Below are positions 8,939-17,507 of a DNA stretch of 41,876 nucleotides, piece after piece. The DNA comes from Candidatus Pacearchaeota archaeon. Lineage in GTDB: Archaea > Nanobdellota > Nanobdellia > Pacearchaeales > GW2011-AR1. Position 1 is the stretch's first letter. Every line of letters starts with the position of its first letter. Under the pieces are notes generated by a model, which was not told the origin of the DNA, did not search any database, and saw nothing but the letters and a program-made list of their open reading frames with translations. The translations under genes and the position numbers were made by a program. Location of the stretch: the NCBI GenBank assembly GCA_009694755.1, contig SICU01000003.1:1-41876 (forward strand). The letters run 5' to 3'.

Positions 8939-8965
8939 ATATTTTAAAAAAAAGAGAACTATAAA

Positions 8966-9469
8966 TTACTTTGGAAGGTTGTTTTCATCACAAACACAAT
9001 GAACTTGAGAAGTTTCCCTAACATCGCATCTCCAAGCATCGTAATTTATAGTAATTGGTATACGGGGAATTTCTATCCAATAGGTATAAGGTTCTGAAAC
9101 AAATTTACAATCTAAAGCCACATTTCCAGAACAAACATTCGGTCCAATTATTTGTGCATTAGAACTACAACCGACAACTCCAGAACAATAAGTTGAACAC
9201 TGGCTTATTGATTCTTTTATATTTTCTTTAAGAGATTCAGTACATTTATTGTTAGCAAGAACCAATACTTCATTAACTGAATAAGCTCCAATTCTTAAAA
9301 ATGTCAGTGAATTAATAAATGAAGATGGTTGAAATTTTAAAACTGAACCGCTTCCATCAACTGAAAAACTTTTAGGAGAAGGACAATTAAATAAACAAGA
9401 ACCTAAATTAAATTGTAAAAAAGAAAAAGCGATTAAAGAAACAATTAAAATTAAAAAAAATATTTTCAT
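8966..9469 (-). CDS. Secreted Cys-rich protein, paralogue 5
   Basis: Signal peptide MKIFFLILIV..., CxxxC and terminal CDVRETSQVHCVC; ATGA overlap supports start 9469. Confidence 0.8.
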   Translation of the reverse strand: MKIFFLILIVSLIAFSFLQFNLGSCLFNCPSPKSFSVDGSGSVLKFQPSSFINSLTFLRIGAYSVNEVLVLANNKCTESLKENIKESISQCSTYCSGVVGCSSNAQIIGPNVCSGNVALDCKFVSEPYTYWIEIPRIPITINYDAWRCDVRETSQVHCVCDENNLPK

Positions 9470-9999
9470 TGAATTTCCTCGCAATTACATTGAACTGTAG
9501 TTTTTGCAGTTACTACGCACACAGCAACATCGACATTCGCATTTAAATTTAAAGGAGGACTAAATTGATTTGCAATATTCACCCAATCCGCCAAAGATTG
9601 ACTTGTGGATGTGCATTTAGCAATTTTTCCGTTACAAGAATTTGGACCATCAACAGAAATAATCGACGAACAAAATGGAACCGTTCGGCAATAATTTTCA
9701 CAATCTTTATTAGCTTGTACTATTTTTTCCCCCAGCTGTCTATTACAATCATTAATTGCTTTTTTAGTAGCCATAGCTTCAGCTTCAACACTAGACATAA
9801 TAATTACGGGCAAGGGAATAAGTATACTCGCAGGAACTCCTTGAGCTTCCATTCCAGAACCAGCAGCAGTTACTGAAAAATCTTTAGGAATCGGACATGA
9901 TAAAACAAATTGAGCTTCAACACTATTTTCAAAATCAATAAAAAAATAAACAAATGCGAACAAAAATAAAACGCTAAATATTAACAAATGTTTACGCAT
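9466..9999 (-). CDS. Secreted Cys-rich protein, paralogue 4
   Basis: Signal peptide ending VEA-Q, 10 Cys, terminal CVVTAKTTVQCNC. Confidence 0.8.
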   Translation of the reverse strand: MRKHLLIFSVLFLFAFVYFFIDFENSVEAQFVLSCPIPKDFSVTAAGSGMEAQGVPASILIPLPVIIMSSVEAEAMATKKAINDCNRQLGEKIVQANKDCENYCRTVPFCSSIISVDGPNSCNGKIAKCTSTSQSLADWVNIANQFSPPLNLNANVDVAVCVVTAKTTVQCNCEEIQ

Positions 10000-10000
10000 T

Positions 10001-10429
10001 TCAATTACCCCCGTTTTCAGAGCAGATACAAGAAAAAGTATACATTGCAGAAGCAGTGCATTCAGTTTGAGCCAAATTACAATTATAAGAAAATAAACCA
10101 GTTACGTATTTAGAAGTAGCTTTACATATAACATGTTGATTTGAAGAAGTTACAGCACCTCTACAAGTTCTATCGCATTTAACAGCATCATTCGAATAAT
10201 TGTCAATTATTTCTTCAATTACACTAGCCTTAGCTTCATCTTTTATTTGTTGTAAAGTTTGAGGAAATTGACCATTAACTCCTTGAAAAGAAGTAGACGA
10301 AACAACATATTGAGAGTTATAACTTTTTAAAATACAAGAATTTGTTTGAGCACAAGTAAACGGAACTATAAAGAAAAAAGCAAATATAAAAATTCCTAAA
10401 ACCAAAAAAGATAGTATTAATCTTGCCAT
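10001..10429 (-). CDS. Secreted Cys-rich protein, paralogue 3
   Basis: Signal peptide ending TCA-Q, 8 mature Cys, terminal CTASAMYTFSCIC. Confidence 0.8.
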   Translation of the reverse strand: MARLILSFLVLGIFIFAFFFIVPFTCAQTNSCILKSYNSQYVVSSTSFQGVNGQFPQTLQQIKDEAKASVIEEIIDNYSNDAVKCDRTCRGAVTSSNQHVICKATSKYVTGLFSYNCNLAQTECTASAMYTFSCICSENGGN

Positions 10430-11241
10430 CTAGTTTCCCCCATAAATTTCTTTTTTGAATCCATTAATCCTCTTTCTTGAATCAAATTCTTTTGAGCTTT
10501 AAAAATAAAATCATCTTGGGAATAAGAATTGTATTGACTAACAACTGGTTTAAGAATTTCATCTTCTAAAATTTCTCGAGAAGCATAAGCTCTTGCAGAA
10601 CCAGAAAAAGAATTATGTATCTCTGAATATCCAACTATTCCAAGTCCACTCTCAACAAAACCAACATTTTTTTCAAGGACATTATAGGCACGAACAAGAA
10701 ACTCAGGTAAAGAAAGCCCTCGTTTAATTCTCGAATCTTCAGTATTATAAATTGCAGTTAATTTATCATCGCGTTTAATTTTTGCAGTTTCCCATAAATT
10801 ATCTATTTCTTTATCAATAAGCTCGTCAATTCTAATCATACCATACACTGTCAACGGAGCAAATGGAGTCATATCTTTATTTTTTAAAGTTCGATAAGAA
10901 TCAAAATCTAAAGCAGATTTTTTAGCAACATCATAAACATCTGAAAGTTGTTTAGTATCAGTTTCCGTAATATCTCCTCTTTTTTCTAAATAAATTCGGT
11001 TACGCTCAATATACGAATCAATATCTTTATTCATCAAATCATATAATGATTTTGCACGAACATCAGCAGAAAGCCAAGCGTTAAAATCTTGCTGAATTGC
11101 TTGTTGTTCAGATGAGCTTATAGGGGTAGAATTAACGTAACTTTCTATACCTCTAACTTTTTCGTTAGATTCAGATTTATCTCCACAACCAGTAAGAAGA
11201 GTAGTAGCAAAAGCTAAGGCTAAAAGAGAAGGAGATTTCAT
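10417..11241 (-). CDS. Putative lipoprotein of unknown function
   Basis: ATGA overlap gives start MKSPSLLALAFATTLLTG-C, lipobox Cys19; remainder charged and helical-looking. Confidence 0.75.
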   Translation of the reverse strand: MKSPSLLALAFATTLLTGCGDKSESNEKVRGIESYVNSTPISSSEQQAIQQDFNAWLSADVRAKSLYDLMNKDIDSYIERNRIYLEKRGDITETDTKQLSDVYDVAKKSALDFDSYRTLKNKDMTPFAPLTVYGMIRIDELIDKEIDNLWETAKIKRDDKLTAIYNTEDSRIKRGLSLPEFLVRAYNVLEKNVGFVESGLGIVGYSEIHNSFSGSARAYASREILEDEILKPVVSQYNSYSQDDFIFKAQKNLIQERGLMDSKKKFMGETRWQD

Positions 11242-11690
11242 GTTAAAATTGGATGAGATGAACAAGAACAATGAAGTTTACTTGAATCTTTGACAGAACA
11301 AGAAAATCCAAGATTAGGATCCATCACACAAATAGCAGGATTAATCATTGGATCGACTAGACATTCCGTTTTAGTTGCTTTTGGAACACTAATACACTTA
11401 ACTGCAGGAGTATTTTGAGAAGCACAAAATGAACGACAATCATGAATTTTAGCAGTTAAATCTGCAACTAAATTATTTGTGCAAGAAATTGTAGCTTGAG
11501 ATACCAAAGCTTGCATATTAGTATTAAAAGCTGGTCCGATAGTTCCAACTCCCGAATACTCATATGTTTTTGTTCCGAAACAAGTTCCAGAATTAGTTGA
11601 ACCAGAGGGAACTTGAGAATTAGCAAAATCTATATTAAAAAAAACAACAGCAAAAAGCAAAACAAAAAATAAAAATAATTTATTAATCAT
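11238..11690 (-). CDS. Secreted Cys-rich protein, paralogue 2
   Basis: Signal peptide ending ANS-Q, 10 Cys, terminal CSVKDSSKLHCSC. Confidence 0.8.
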   Translation of the reverse strand: MINKLFLFFVLLFAVVFFNIDFANSQVPSGSTNSGTCFGTKTYEYSGVGTIGPAFNTNMQALVSQATISCTNNLVADLTAKIHDCRSFCASQNTPAVKCISVPKATKTECLVDPMINPAICVMDPNLGFSCSVKDSSKLHCSCSSHPILT

Positions 11691-12289
11691 CGAGGTTCTT
11701 CACCAGCACAAGTGCAAGTTCCAATAACTTCTAAGGGAACTTGACAGGAATAAGAAGATAATAGTAGGGGACTGCCAGGAACAGTCACAAACGGAATAGC
11801 TAAACAATTAATTTCTGAAACAGCAGTTTTAGGAACACAAGATAAAGTCAAAGCTCCAGAACAAATAAAACTTGGAGGAGAATTATTTCTTGTACATTGT
11901 TTAACGCAAGCAAGAGCTTTAGGGGCATAATCTATAGAATTTGAATAGGCAAAAATAGCACTAGTACAAGCGTTTTGCACTTCTGTATTATAACTTGGAT
12001 TCAAAATAGCATTAGTTGGAAAATTAAGCGGATTAAAATAAAAATTAGGAGGGGGCAATCCTACACCTGAAGGAGAAATAAACGGCCACTGTCCAAGATT
12101 AGTATCTGAAATAAAAGTATGAAATGACAAACTCAATTTAGAACTCGAAGAAAGTGCAGAACATTTATTCGCAGAAACTCCAGAACCACTTCCAGAAGAT
12201 TGCGCGTATACAAAAAGACTAACGAATAAAATCAAAACTAAAAATAAACTCGAAAATAAAATAGTTCGAGAATTGAAATATAATTTCAT
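11687..12289 (-). CDS. Secreted Cys-rich protein, paralogue 1
   Basis: Signal peptide ending VYA-Q, 10 Cys, terminal CQVPLEVIGTCTC. Confidence 0.8.
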   Translation of the reverse strand: MKLYFNSRTILFSSLFLVLILFVSLFVYAQSSGSGSGVSANKCSALSSSSKLSLSFHTFISDTNLGQWPFISPSGVGLPPPNFYFNPLNFPTNAILNPSYNTEVQNACTSAIFAYSNSIDYAPKALACVKQCTRNNSPPSFICSGALTLSCVPKTAVSEINCLAIPFVTVPGSPLLLSSYSCQVPLEVIGTCTCAGEEPR

Positions 12290-12310
12290 TCAAACATAAG
12301 AAATAGGAAG

Positions 12311-12318
12311 TATATAAA
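12311..12318 (-). promoter_or_regulatory. TATA box of the Cys-rich operon
   Basis: TTTATATA on the minus strand about 22 nt before ATG 12289. Confidence 0.55.
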
Positions 12319-12369
12319 TATTTAGATTAAGCTCACTATATAATGACACTAAAATGTTTCATTCAAATA

Positions 12370-12451
12370 TGAACCTATCGAGAATACTTCAATCTCGTAA
12401 GAGTTGAAGTCACCAGAGCGACTTGTTCGCTATGAGTGCTTCGATTCTCGA
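12370..12451 (-). repeat. Structured tRNA-Ala trailer with antisense T-arm and duplicated tRNA 3' end
   Basis: 12440-12451 is complementary to the T-arm in the transcript; hairpins 12411-12438 and 12386-12410; 12370-12385 matches 12457-12472 at 15/16. Confidence 0.8.
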
Positions 12452-12456
12452 AACAA

Positions 12457-12527
12457 TGGACCTATCGAGAATCGAACTCGAATCTTTCGACTGCCAGCCG
12501 AACATTCTACCATTGAACCATAAGCCC
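12457..12527 (-). tRNA. tRNA-Ala(GGC)
   Basis: Cloverleaf GGGCTTA...TAGGTCC-A with G3:U70; anticodon loop CT-GGC-AG; T-loop TTCGATT; no encoded CCA. Confidence 0.95.
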
Positions 12528-12559
12528 CATTAACTTTTTTAAAATGGAGAACTTATAAA

Positions 12560-12925
12560 TTATTCTTTCGGTAACTCACAATCAACAAAGTTACTTAATT
12601 GTTCTAAACTTAATCCGCCAGACATTTTTTTACCATCTGCAAATTTCCAAACAGGATAACTAACAATTCCTTCTTTTTTACATACTTCAGTTTGCCCATT
12701 TCCGTTGGGTAAAGAACATTCGACGTAATTAACTAAATCCCAACTACTTCCAAAAAGTTTTTTCTGCGCTTGACAATGGGGGCACCAATAAGCACCATAC
12801 ATAACCGCTTCTTCGTCAGTCAAACATTGAGCAAAATCATCATATTTCCCAGGACCAGAAGAAGCAAATAAAATAATCCCAATAACTACTAAAAATCCAA
12901 GTCCCAACCAAAAAGTCGTTTTCAT
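12560..12925 (-). CDS. Membrane-anchored thioredoxin-like protein (type found fused to VKOR)
   Basis: MYGAYWCPHCQAQKKLFG...YVECS...C...YPVW. Confidence 0.85.
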   Translation of the reverse strand: MKTTFWLGLGFLVVIGIILFASSGPGKYDDFAQCLTDEEAVMYGAYWCPHCQAQKKLFGSSWDLVNYVECSLPNGNGQTEVCKKEGIVSYPVWKFADGKKMSGGLSLEQLSNFVDCELPKE

Positions 12926-12978
12926 AGAAAGTAAAATAAAAAAGATTATTTAAATCTATCAAAAACTATATTCTTAAA

Positions 12979-13278
12979 TTAAAGAATTTCACAAGTCACA
13001 GCTATAACTGTCACACAAGCAGTTGCACCTGGTTCGCAAATATTTCCATTTTCCTTAAATACTCCTCCAAGTCTTGCACAATGTTTTGCATACTCTGAAA
13101 GATTTGTTTCATCATCTATTTGATAAATTATTTTTTTAGTTTCTCCAGATGAAGAGTTATAGGTTTTCTTTATTACGATATCATCAGTATTAACAGAAAC
13201 ATCTGCACTTCTAAAATAAAAAAAAGAACCAACTATTAACAAAATCAAAACGCTTATCAAAATTATTAATTTATTCAT
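12979..13278 (-). CDS. Small membrane-anchored protein with four Cys
   Basis: N-terminal TM, HCARLGG..ICEPGATACVTVIAVTCE. Confidence 0.65.
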   Translation of the reverse strand: MNKLIILISVLILLIVGSFFYFRSADVSVNTDDIVIKKTYNSSSGETKKIIYQIDDETNLSEYAKHCARLGGVFKENGNICEPGATACVTVIAVTCEIL

Positions 13279-13329
13279 AAATCAAAACAGAGAGAGGATT
13301 ATATAAATGTAGTTATAACATCAATTAAA

Positions 13330-13899
13330 ATGGAACAAACTATCATAATCGAACATTTAGAACCAAAAGTCTGGCCTTGGTGTAAAATAGAATATGAAAG
13401 CATAAGCCAAATTATACCAAAAAATAACTTGTGGTTTACCAATATACGATATGAAGAAGAATTCTTGAAGAATTTAGGAAAAGTTTCAAAGGAATCAATA
13501 ATTGACATGAAATTAGAAAAAGCATGTATCCTCGACCCAAATGCAAAAGAAACCTTGACACCAAAAGACGCAAAGCAATTCAAATATTTTATAATAGGAG
13601 GAATTTTAGGAGACTATCCTCCAAAAAAGAGAACTAAAGAAGAACTAACAGATAAGCTCCACAATATTCCAGCAAGAAACTTAGGAAAAAAACAGTTTAG
13701 CACAGATAATGCAGTTTATGTTCTTAAAAAAATAATTGACGGAACACCATTAAATAAATTACAATTTCAAAACAAAATCACAATAAAAATCAACGAAGTA
13801 GAATCAGTAGATTTACCATATTATTATCCTTTAATAAACGGAAAACCAAGAATAAGTGAAAAATTGATAACTTTTCTAAAAAATAAAAAAGATTTTTAG
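13330..13899 (+). CDS. SPOUT methyltransferase, Sfm1/DUF431-like
   Basis: IIIEHLE..W...EY, LDPNA...L.P.D, IIGGILGDYPP..RT, LGKKQFSTDNAV. Confidence 0.85.
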   Translation: MEQTIIIEHLEPKVWPWCKIEYESISQIIPKNNLWFTNIRYEEEFLKNLGKVSKESIIDMKLEKACILDPNAKETLTPKDAKQFKYFIIGGILGDYPPKKRTKEELTDKLHNIPARNLGKKQFSTDNAVYVLKKIIDGTPLNKLQFQNKITIKINEVESVDLPYYYPLINGKPRISEKLITFLKNKKDF

Positions 13900-15095
13900 T
13901 CACAATTTCTACAAATAGTATATCTTCCTAAATTATCTTTAATCATAAATCTTTTATTTTTGAACTGTTTACATTTAACACAAGTAGCTCCACATTGTTT
14001 GCAAATCTTGCGATGAGTAACTGCACATTCTTGTTTTAAACACTGATTACAAGAAATATCTTTACAATCTTCGCATTCTGCCCCACAATCTCTACAAACA
14101 AGATGATTTCCGTTACATAAGATAATTTCTTTTAAAGGATTTTTGCATAAGTCGCATAAAGGGAAAACAAATTTATTATAGAGTGGCTCGTAAGATAATA
14201 AAACTAATCGCGTAATATTTTCATTCTTGAAAAAAACTTCAAAATTATATAATGGACATAAAATAACCGCAGTTGTTAAAAGTTTAGTATTTATTTTCAA
14301 AGAATATTTTTTTTCTTCATTATTTAATTGGAGGGCCATTTCAGATAAAAACTGATTTTTTTGAGATTCATAAACTGATAAATCGATATTTGGATTTTTT
14401 GTTTTAGCACGCACAATTTGATTTTCAATTTCTTTAACTTGTTGAGAATGATGGACGTTTATTCTCTGCACCTCTTTAGCAAGAACTTCTTCCAATTGTT
14501 TTGCAATTTCAGAAGTTCTAGAAGAAATCATTTCTTTAACTTTTAATTTTGCCACCTCATAATTTTCTCTCAAATCAGATATGTCTATTTCTTTGTTGCG
14601 CAAAGAATCAATTTTAAATTTTTTCAAATCAGGAAAAATTACAGATTTTTTATCAACAAAAACATCACTTACTAATCTGTCTTCATCATTAAGATATTTG
14701 TAAGTTGTTTGAAAAGTAAATTTAATAATTGGTTTATGAATAAGCGTATTATTTATTTTTGAAATCGTACAATTTCTCAAAAGCAAATTTGATTTAATTA
14801 AAGAATCGCTTTGTAAAGAATAAATTAATTTTTGAAGAACTGATTCTCCTGTATTATCCAAATAACTTCTCATAGTTTTAAGAAGATAACTTTCGCTCGT
14901 TATTAATTCTGTAGAATGTAATGATGAATTATTCTCAAAAATAATAGTGTATGGTTCATTTTTTCCATAAAACTTTTGAAATTTTACAGGCACTTCCGTA
15001 ACTAATAAACTCTTTTCAGATTCCACAACTTTAGCTCCTAATTCTTTGAAAAATTTGATTGTAAAAAATTTCAGTTGTTCAAAATCAGAGGTCAT
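13896..15095 (-). CDS. SNF2-helicase partner protein with coiled coil and C-terminal multi-zinc-finger
   Basis: Abuts the helicase gene; paralogous to 23996..24985; 16 Cys and 2 His in the last roughly 90 aa. Confidence 0.75.
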   Translation of the reverse strand: MTSDFEQLKFFTIKFFKELGAKVVESEKSLLVTEVPVKFQKFYGKNEPYTIIFENNSSLHSTELITSESYLLKTMRSYLDNTGESVLQKLIYSLQSDSLIKSNLLLRNCTISKINNTLIHKPIIKFTFQTTYKYLNDEDRLVSDVFVDKKSVIFPDLKKFKIDSLRNKEIDISDLRENYEVAKLKVKEMISSRTSEIAKQLEEVLAKEVQRINVHHSQQVKEIENQIVRAKTKNPNIDLSVYESQKNQFLSEMALQLNNEEKKYSLKINTKLLTTAVILCPLYNFEVFFKNENITRLVLLSYEPLYNKFVFPLCDLCKNPLKEIILCNGNHLVCRDCGAECEDCKDISCNQCLKQECAVTHRKICKQCGATCVKCKQFKNKRFMIKDNLGRYTICRNCD

Positions 15096-16892
15096 TTAAA
15101 TCAAACTCACAGATTTTTGATCTAAAACTTCTGCAGTAGCCTCCTTTGACGCGTTGTATTCTTTCAATCCCTTAGAAATAATTTCACTTATTTTACTTAC
15201 ATCTTGAGCAAAAATTTCAAGATTATTTTTAGAATCAATAAACGAATTCATCAACATTTCCTCAATTTTATTCACACCATTATTTCCTTGTCCATCTAAA
15301 CCTAAATTAAATAAAATAGTCGGTAATTCTCCAATAACTAATCCAATACAGCACATTTTATTTATAATTAAATCAACAACATGTTCTTCCATTGTATCTT
15401 TTGTTGCAAGACTGTAAATGTACATATCTTTAGTTTGCCCAATTCTGTCAAGTCTACCAATGCGTTGTTCAACAGACATAGGATTCCAAGGCAAATCGTA
15501 ATTAATTAAATAATTGCAAAATTGAAAGTTTAATCCTTCCGCACCAGTTTCAGTGCTAATCATAACTTGCGCCTCTTTTTTAAATTGATTAATTCGCAAA
15601 GTTTTTTCCTCTCTTTCAAGTCCCCCAATAAATTCAACAATTTTAAGATTGTAAGGTTTGAGTTTTTCAACAATATATCTCAAAGTAGATGGATGTTTTG
15701 TATACATCAAAATTTTAGCATTTGGTTCTTCATGAAGAATTTTATCAACTATTTCAATAAGCTTTTCAATTTTCGAATCTTTCTTAAGAAGACTGTATTT
15801 TTCAATTATATCTTGAGCAAGTTGTCTTGTTTCAGCATGATACTGCTCTCCTTCGGCAATTTTAGTCAAAGATTCAACAGCAGAACGTGATGAGCTCGTA
15901 ACTTTTGGCAAAATTGCATAAATAATAAGTTTGCCTCGCAACTCATCTCCATTTGCAGAAAAATATTTAGTCTTCAATAAATCGCAAATAGAATCGTAAA
16001 TATTTTTTTCTTCTTTAGTAAGATAAACAATTTCTATTTTAGGAATTCTTTTTTTATAATCAATTCCTGTTTCATCTCTGCGTCTACGAAGCATAACTTC
16101 TTGCAACCTTTTTCTCAATTCAACAGGATTCAAAGGATATCGTTTATTTCCCCTAAACAAAAATTTCTCCCTAAATTCATTTATCGTTCCAAGATGTCCC
16201 CTTTTTAATAAATGTAATAAATTATACAATTCAAGTAAATCATTTTGAAAAGGTGTAGCAGTCAAAAGTAAAAATCTTTTTTTCTGCATTCTATCGACAA
16301 ATCTCCAACGAGTCGTATTTCGCTGTTTCAATTTATGAGCTTCATCGACAATTAAAACATCCCACGGAATATTATGCGCTTTTTCATGTCTAAACGCACC
16401 TTTCTCCCTATCAAAAGTTTTAACTCTATCAATAGAAGCAATCGCAAATTGAACATTATCCCAATCATTTTCATTTTCAATAATCTTAAAATCTAAATTA
16501 AACTTGTCATGCAATTCAGCAACCCATTGATCTACAAGCGACGGAGGTGTCAAAATTAAAGCGCGATTAACAAATCCTCTAACAATACATTCTTTAAGAA
16601 AAATCCCTGTCGTAATTGTTTTTCCCAAACCAACTTCATCAGCTAAAAGTGCAGAGCCATTCATTTCTTTTAAAATATGTAATGCTCCCGCAGATTGATA
16701 AGGTAATTGATAAGCTAAATTATGTTTAATTAAATCATAAGCAATTAATCCGGAAATTTCAGAATTAGTTTCAAGAATCGCGGCACTCGCTTTTAATTCC
16801 GCAACATCAGCCGATTCAAATTGTCGTTGTTCAACCTTATCCAAAATAAGAGAATCGTCTTCAGAAAAGGACTCATCAATAATAATCGCCAT
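15096..16892 (-). CDS. SNF2-family (RapA/YqhH-like) helicase, copy 1
   Basis: LLADEVGLGKT, VDEAH, LTATPFQN, GAEGLNFQ, YDLPWNP, EQRIGRLDRIGQ. Confidence 0.92.
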   Translation of the reverse strand: MAIIIDESFSEDDSLILDKVEQRQFESADVAELKASAAILETNSEISGLIAYDLIKHNLAYQLPYQSAGALHILKEMNGSALLADEVGLGKTITTGIFLKECIVRGFVNRALILTPPSLVDQWVAELHDKFNLDFKIIENENDWDNVQFAIASIDRVKTFDREKGAFRHEKAHNIPWDVLIVDEAHKLKQRNTTRWRFVDRMQKKRFLLLTATPFQNDLLELYNLLHLLKRGHLGTINEFREKFLFRGNKRYPLNPVELRKRLQEVMLRRRRDETGIDYKKRIPKIEIVYLTKEEKNIYDSICDLLKTKYFSANGDELRGKLIIYAILPKVTSSSRSAVESLTKIAEGEQYHAETRQLAQDIIEKYSLLKKDSKIEKLIEIVDKILHEEPNAKILMYTKHPSTLRYIVEKLKPYNLKIVEFIGGLEREEKTLRINQFKKEAQVMISTETGAEGLNFQFCNYLINYDLPWNPMSVEQRIGRLDRIGQTKDMYIYSLATKDTMEEHVVDLIINKMCCIGLVIGELPTILFNLGLDGQGNNGVNKIEEMLMNSFIDSKNNLEIFAQDVSKISEIISKGLKEYNASKEATAEVLDQKSVSLI

Positions 16893-16958
16893 CTACACCT
16901 CAGACAATTTCGCAGTAAAATCAGTTTTTAAGGATAGAGGTAATGAATATTACTTAAG

Positions 16959-17507
16959 CTAACCTTTCCAATTTTCTTTTAACATACCATAAGAATTAAT
17001 ATCGTGTAATTCCCCAGTAGATTTAGCTCTAGAGTTCTTTATTCGTAATCCTTCATAAATAAAACCCATTTTTTTAATCAATGAATTAGACGCTTCATTT
17101 TCAGATGCTGCAGAAATATCTATTCTTCTAAGTTTAAGTTTTTTAAAGAAAAATTCAATTATTGCTTTCAAAGATTCGCTACCATATCCATTGCGCCAAT
17201 ACTTTTCTCCAATCCAATATCCCATAGTTGCAGTTCCATTAAACTTATCAATTTTAGTTATACTTATCATTCCAATAATTCTCTTTTCATTATTTAATTC
17301 AATCCCTAACGCATAATTAACTCTTGGTTTATTTTTAGATTCGGTAATACAATGTTTGATAAAACTATCAGCATTTTTTAAAGTGTAAGGAAAAGGAACA
17401 ACCGCTAAAAATCTAGAAACATTAAGATTATTTGCATTTATCTGTATATCTTTTGCATCAGTTTTCTTCAAATCTCTTAAAATTAAACGTTTAGTTACTA
17501 TCTTCAT
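16959..17507 (-). CDS. GNAT acetyltransferase, RimJ/RimL-like
   Basis: TKRLILR, GYWIGEKYWRNGYGSE, NEASNSLIKKMGFIYEG. Confidence 0.9.
   Translation of the reverse strand: MKIVTKRLILRDLKKTDAKDIQINANNLNVSRFLAVVPFPYTLKNADSFIKHCITESKNKPRVNYALGIELNNEKRIIGMISITKIDKFNGTATMGYWIGEKYWRNGYGSESLKAIIEFFFKKLKLRRIDISAASENEASNSLIKKMGFIYEGLRIKNSRAKSTGELHDINSYGMLKENWKG

Noticed and set aside
12370-12451. Hammerhead ribozyme reading of the three-way tRNA trailers
   Set aside because: No CUGANGA core at the junction on either strand.
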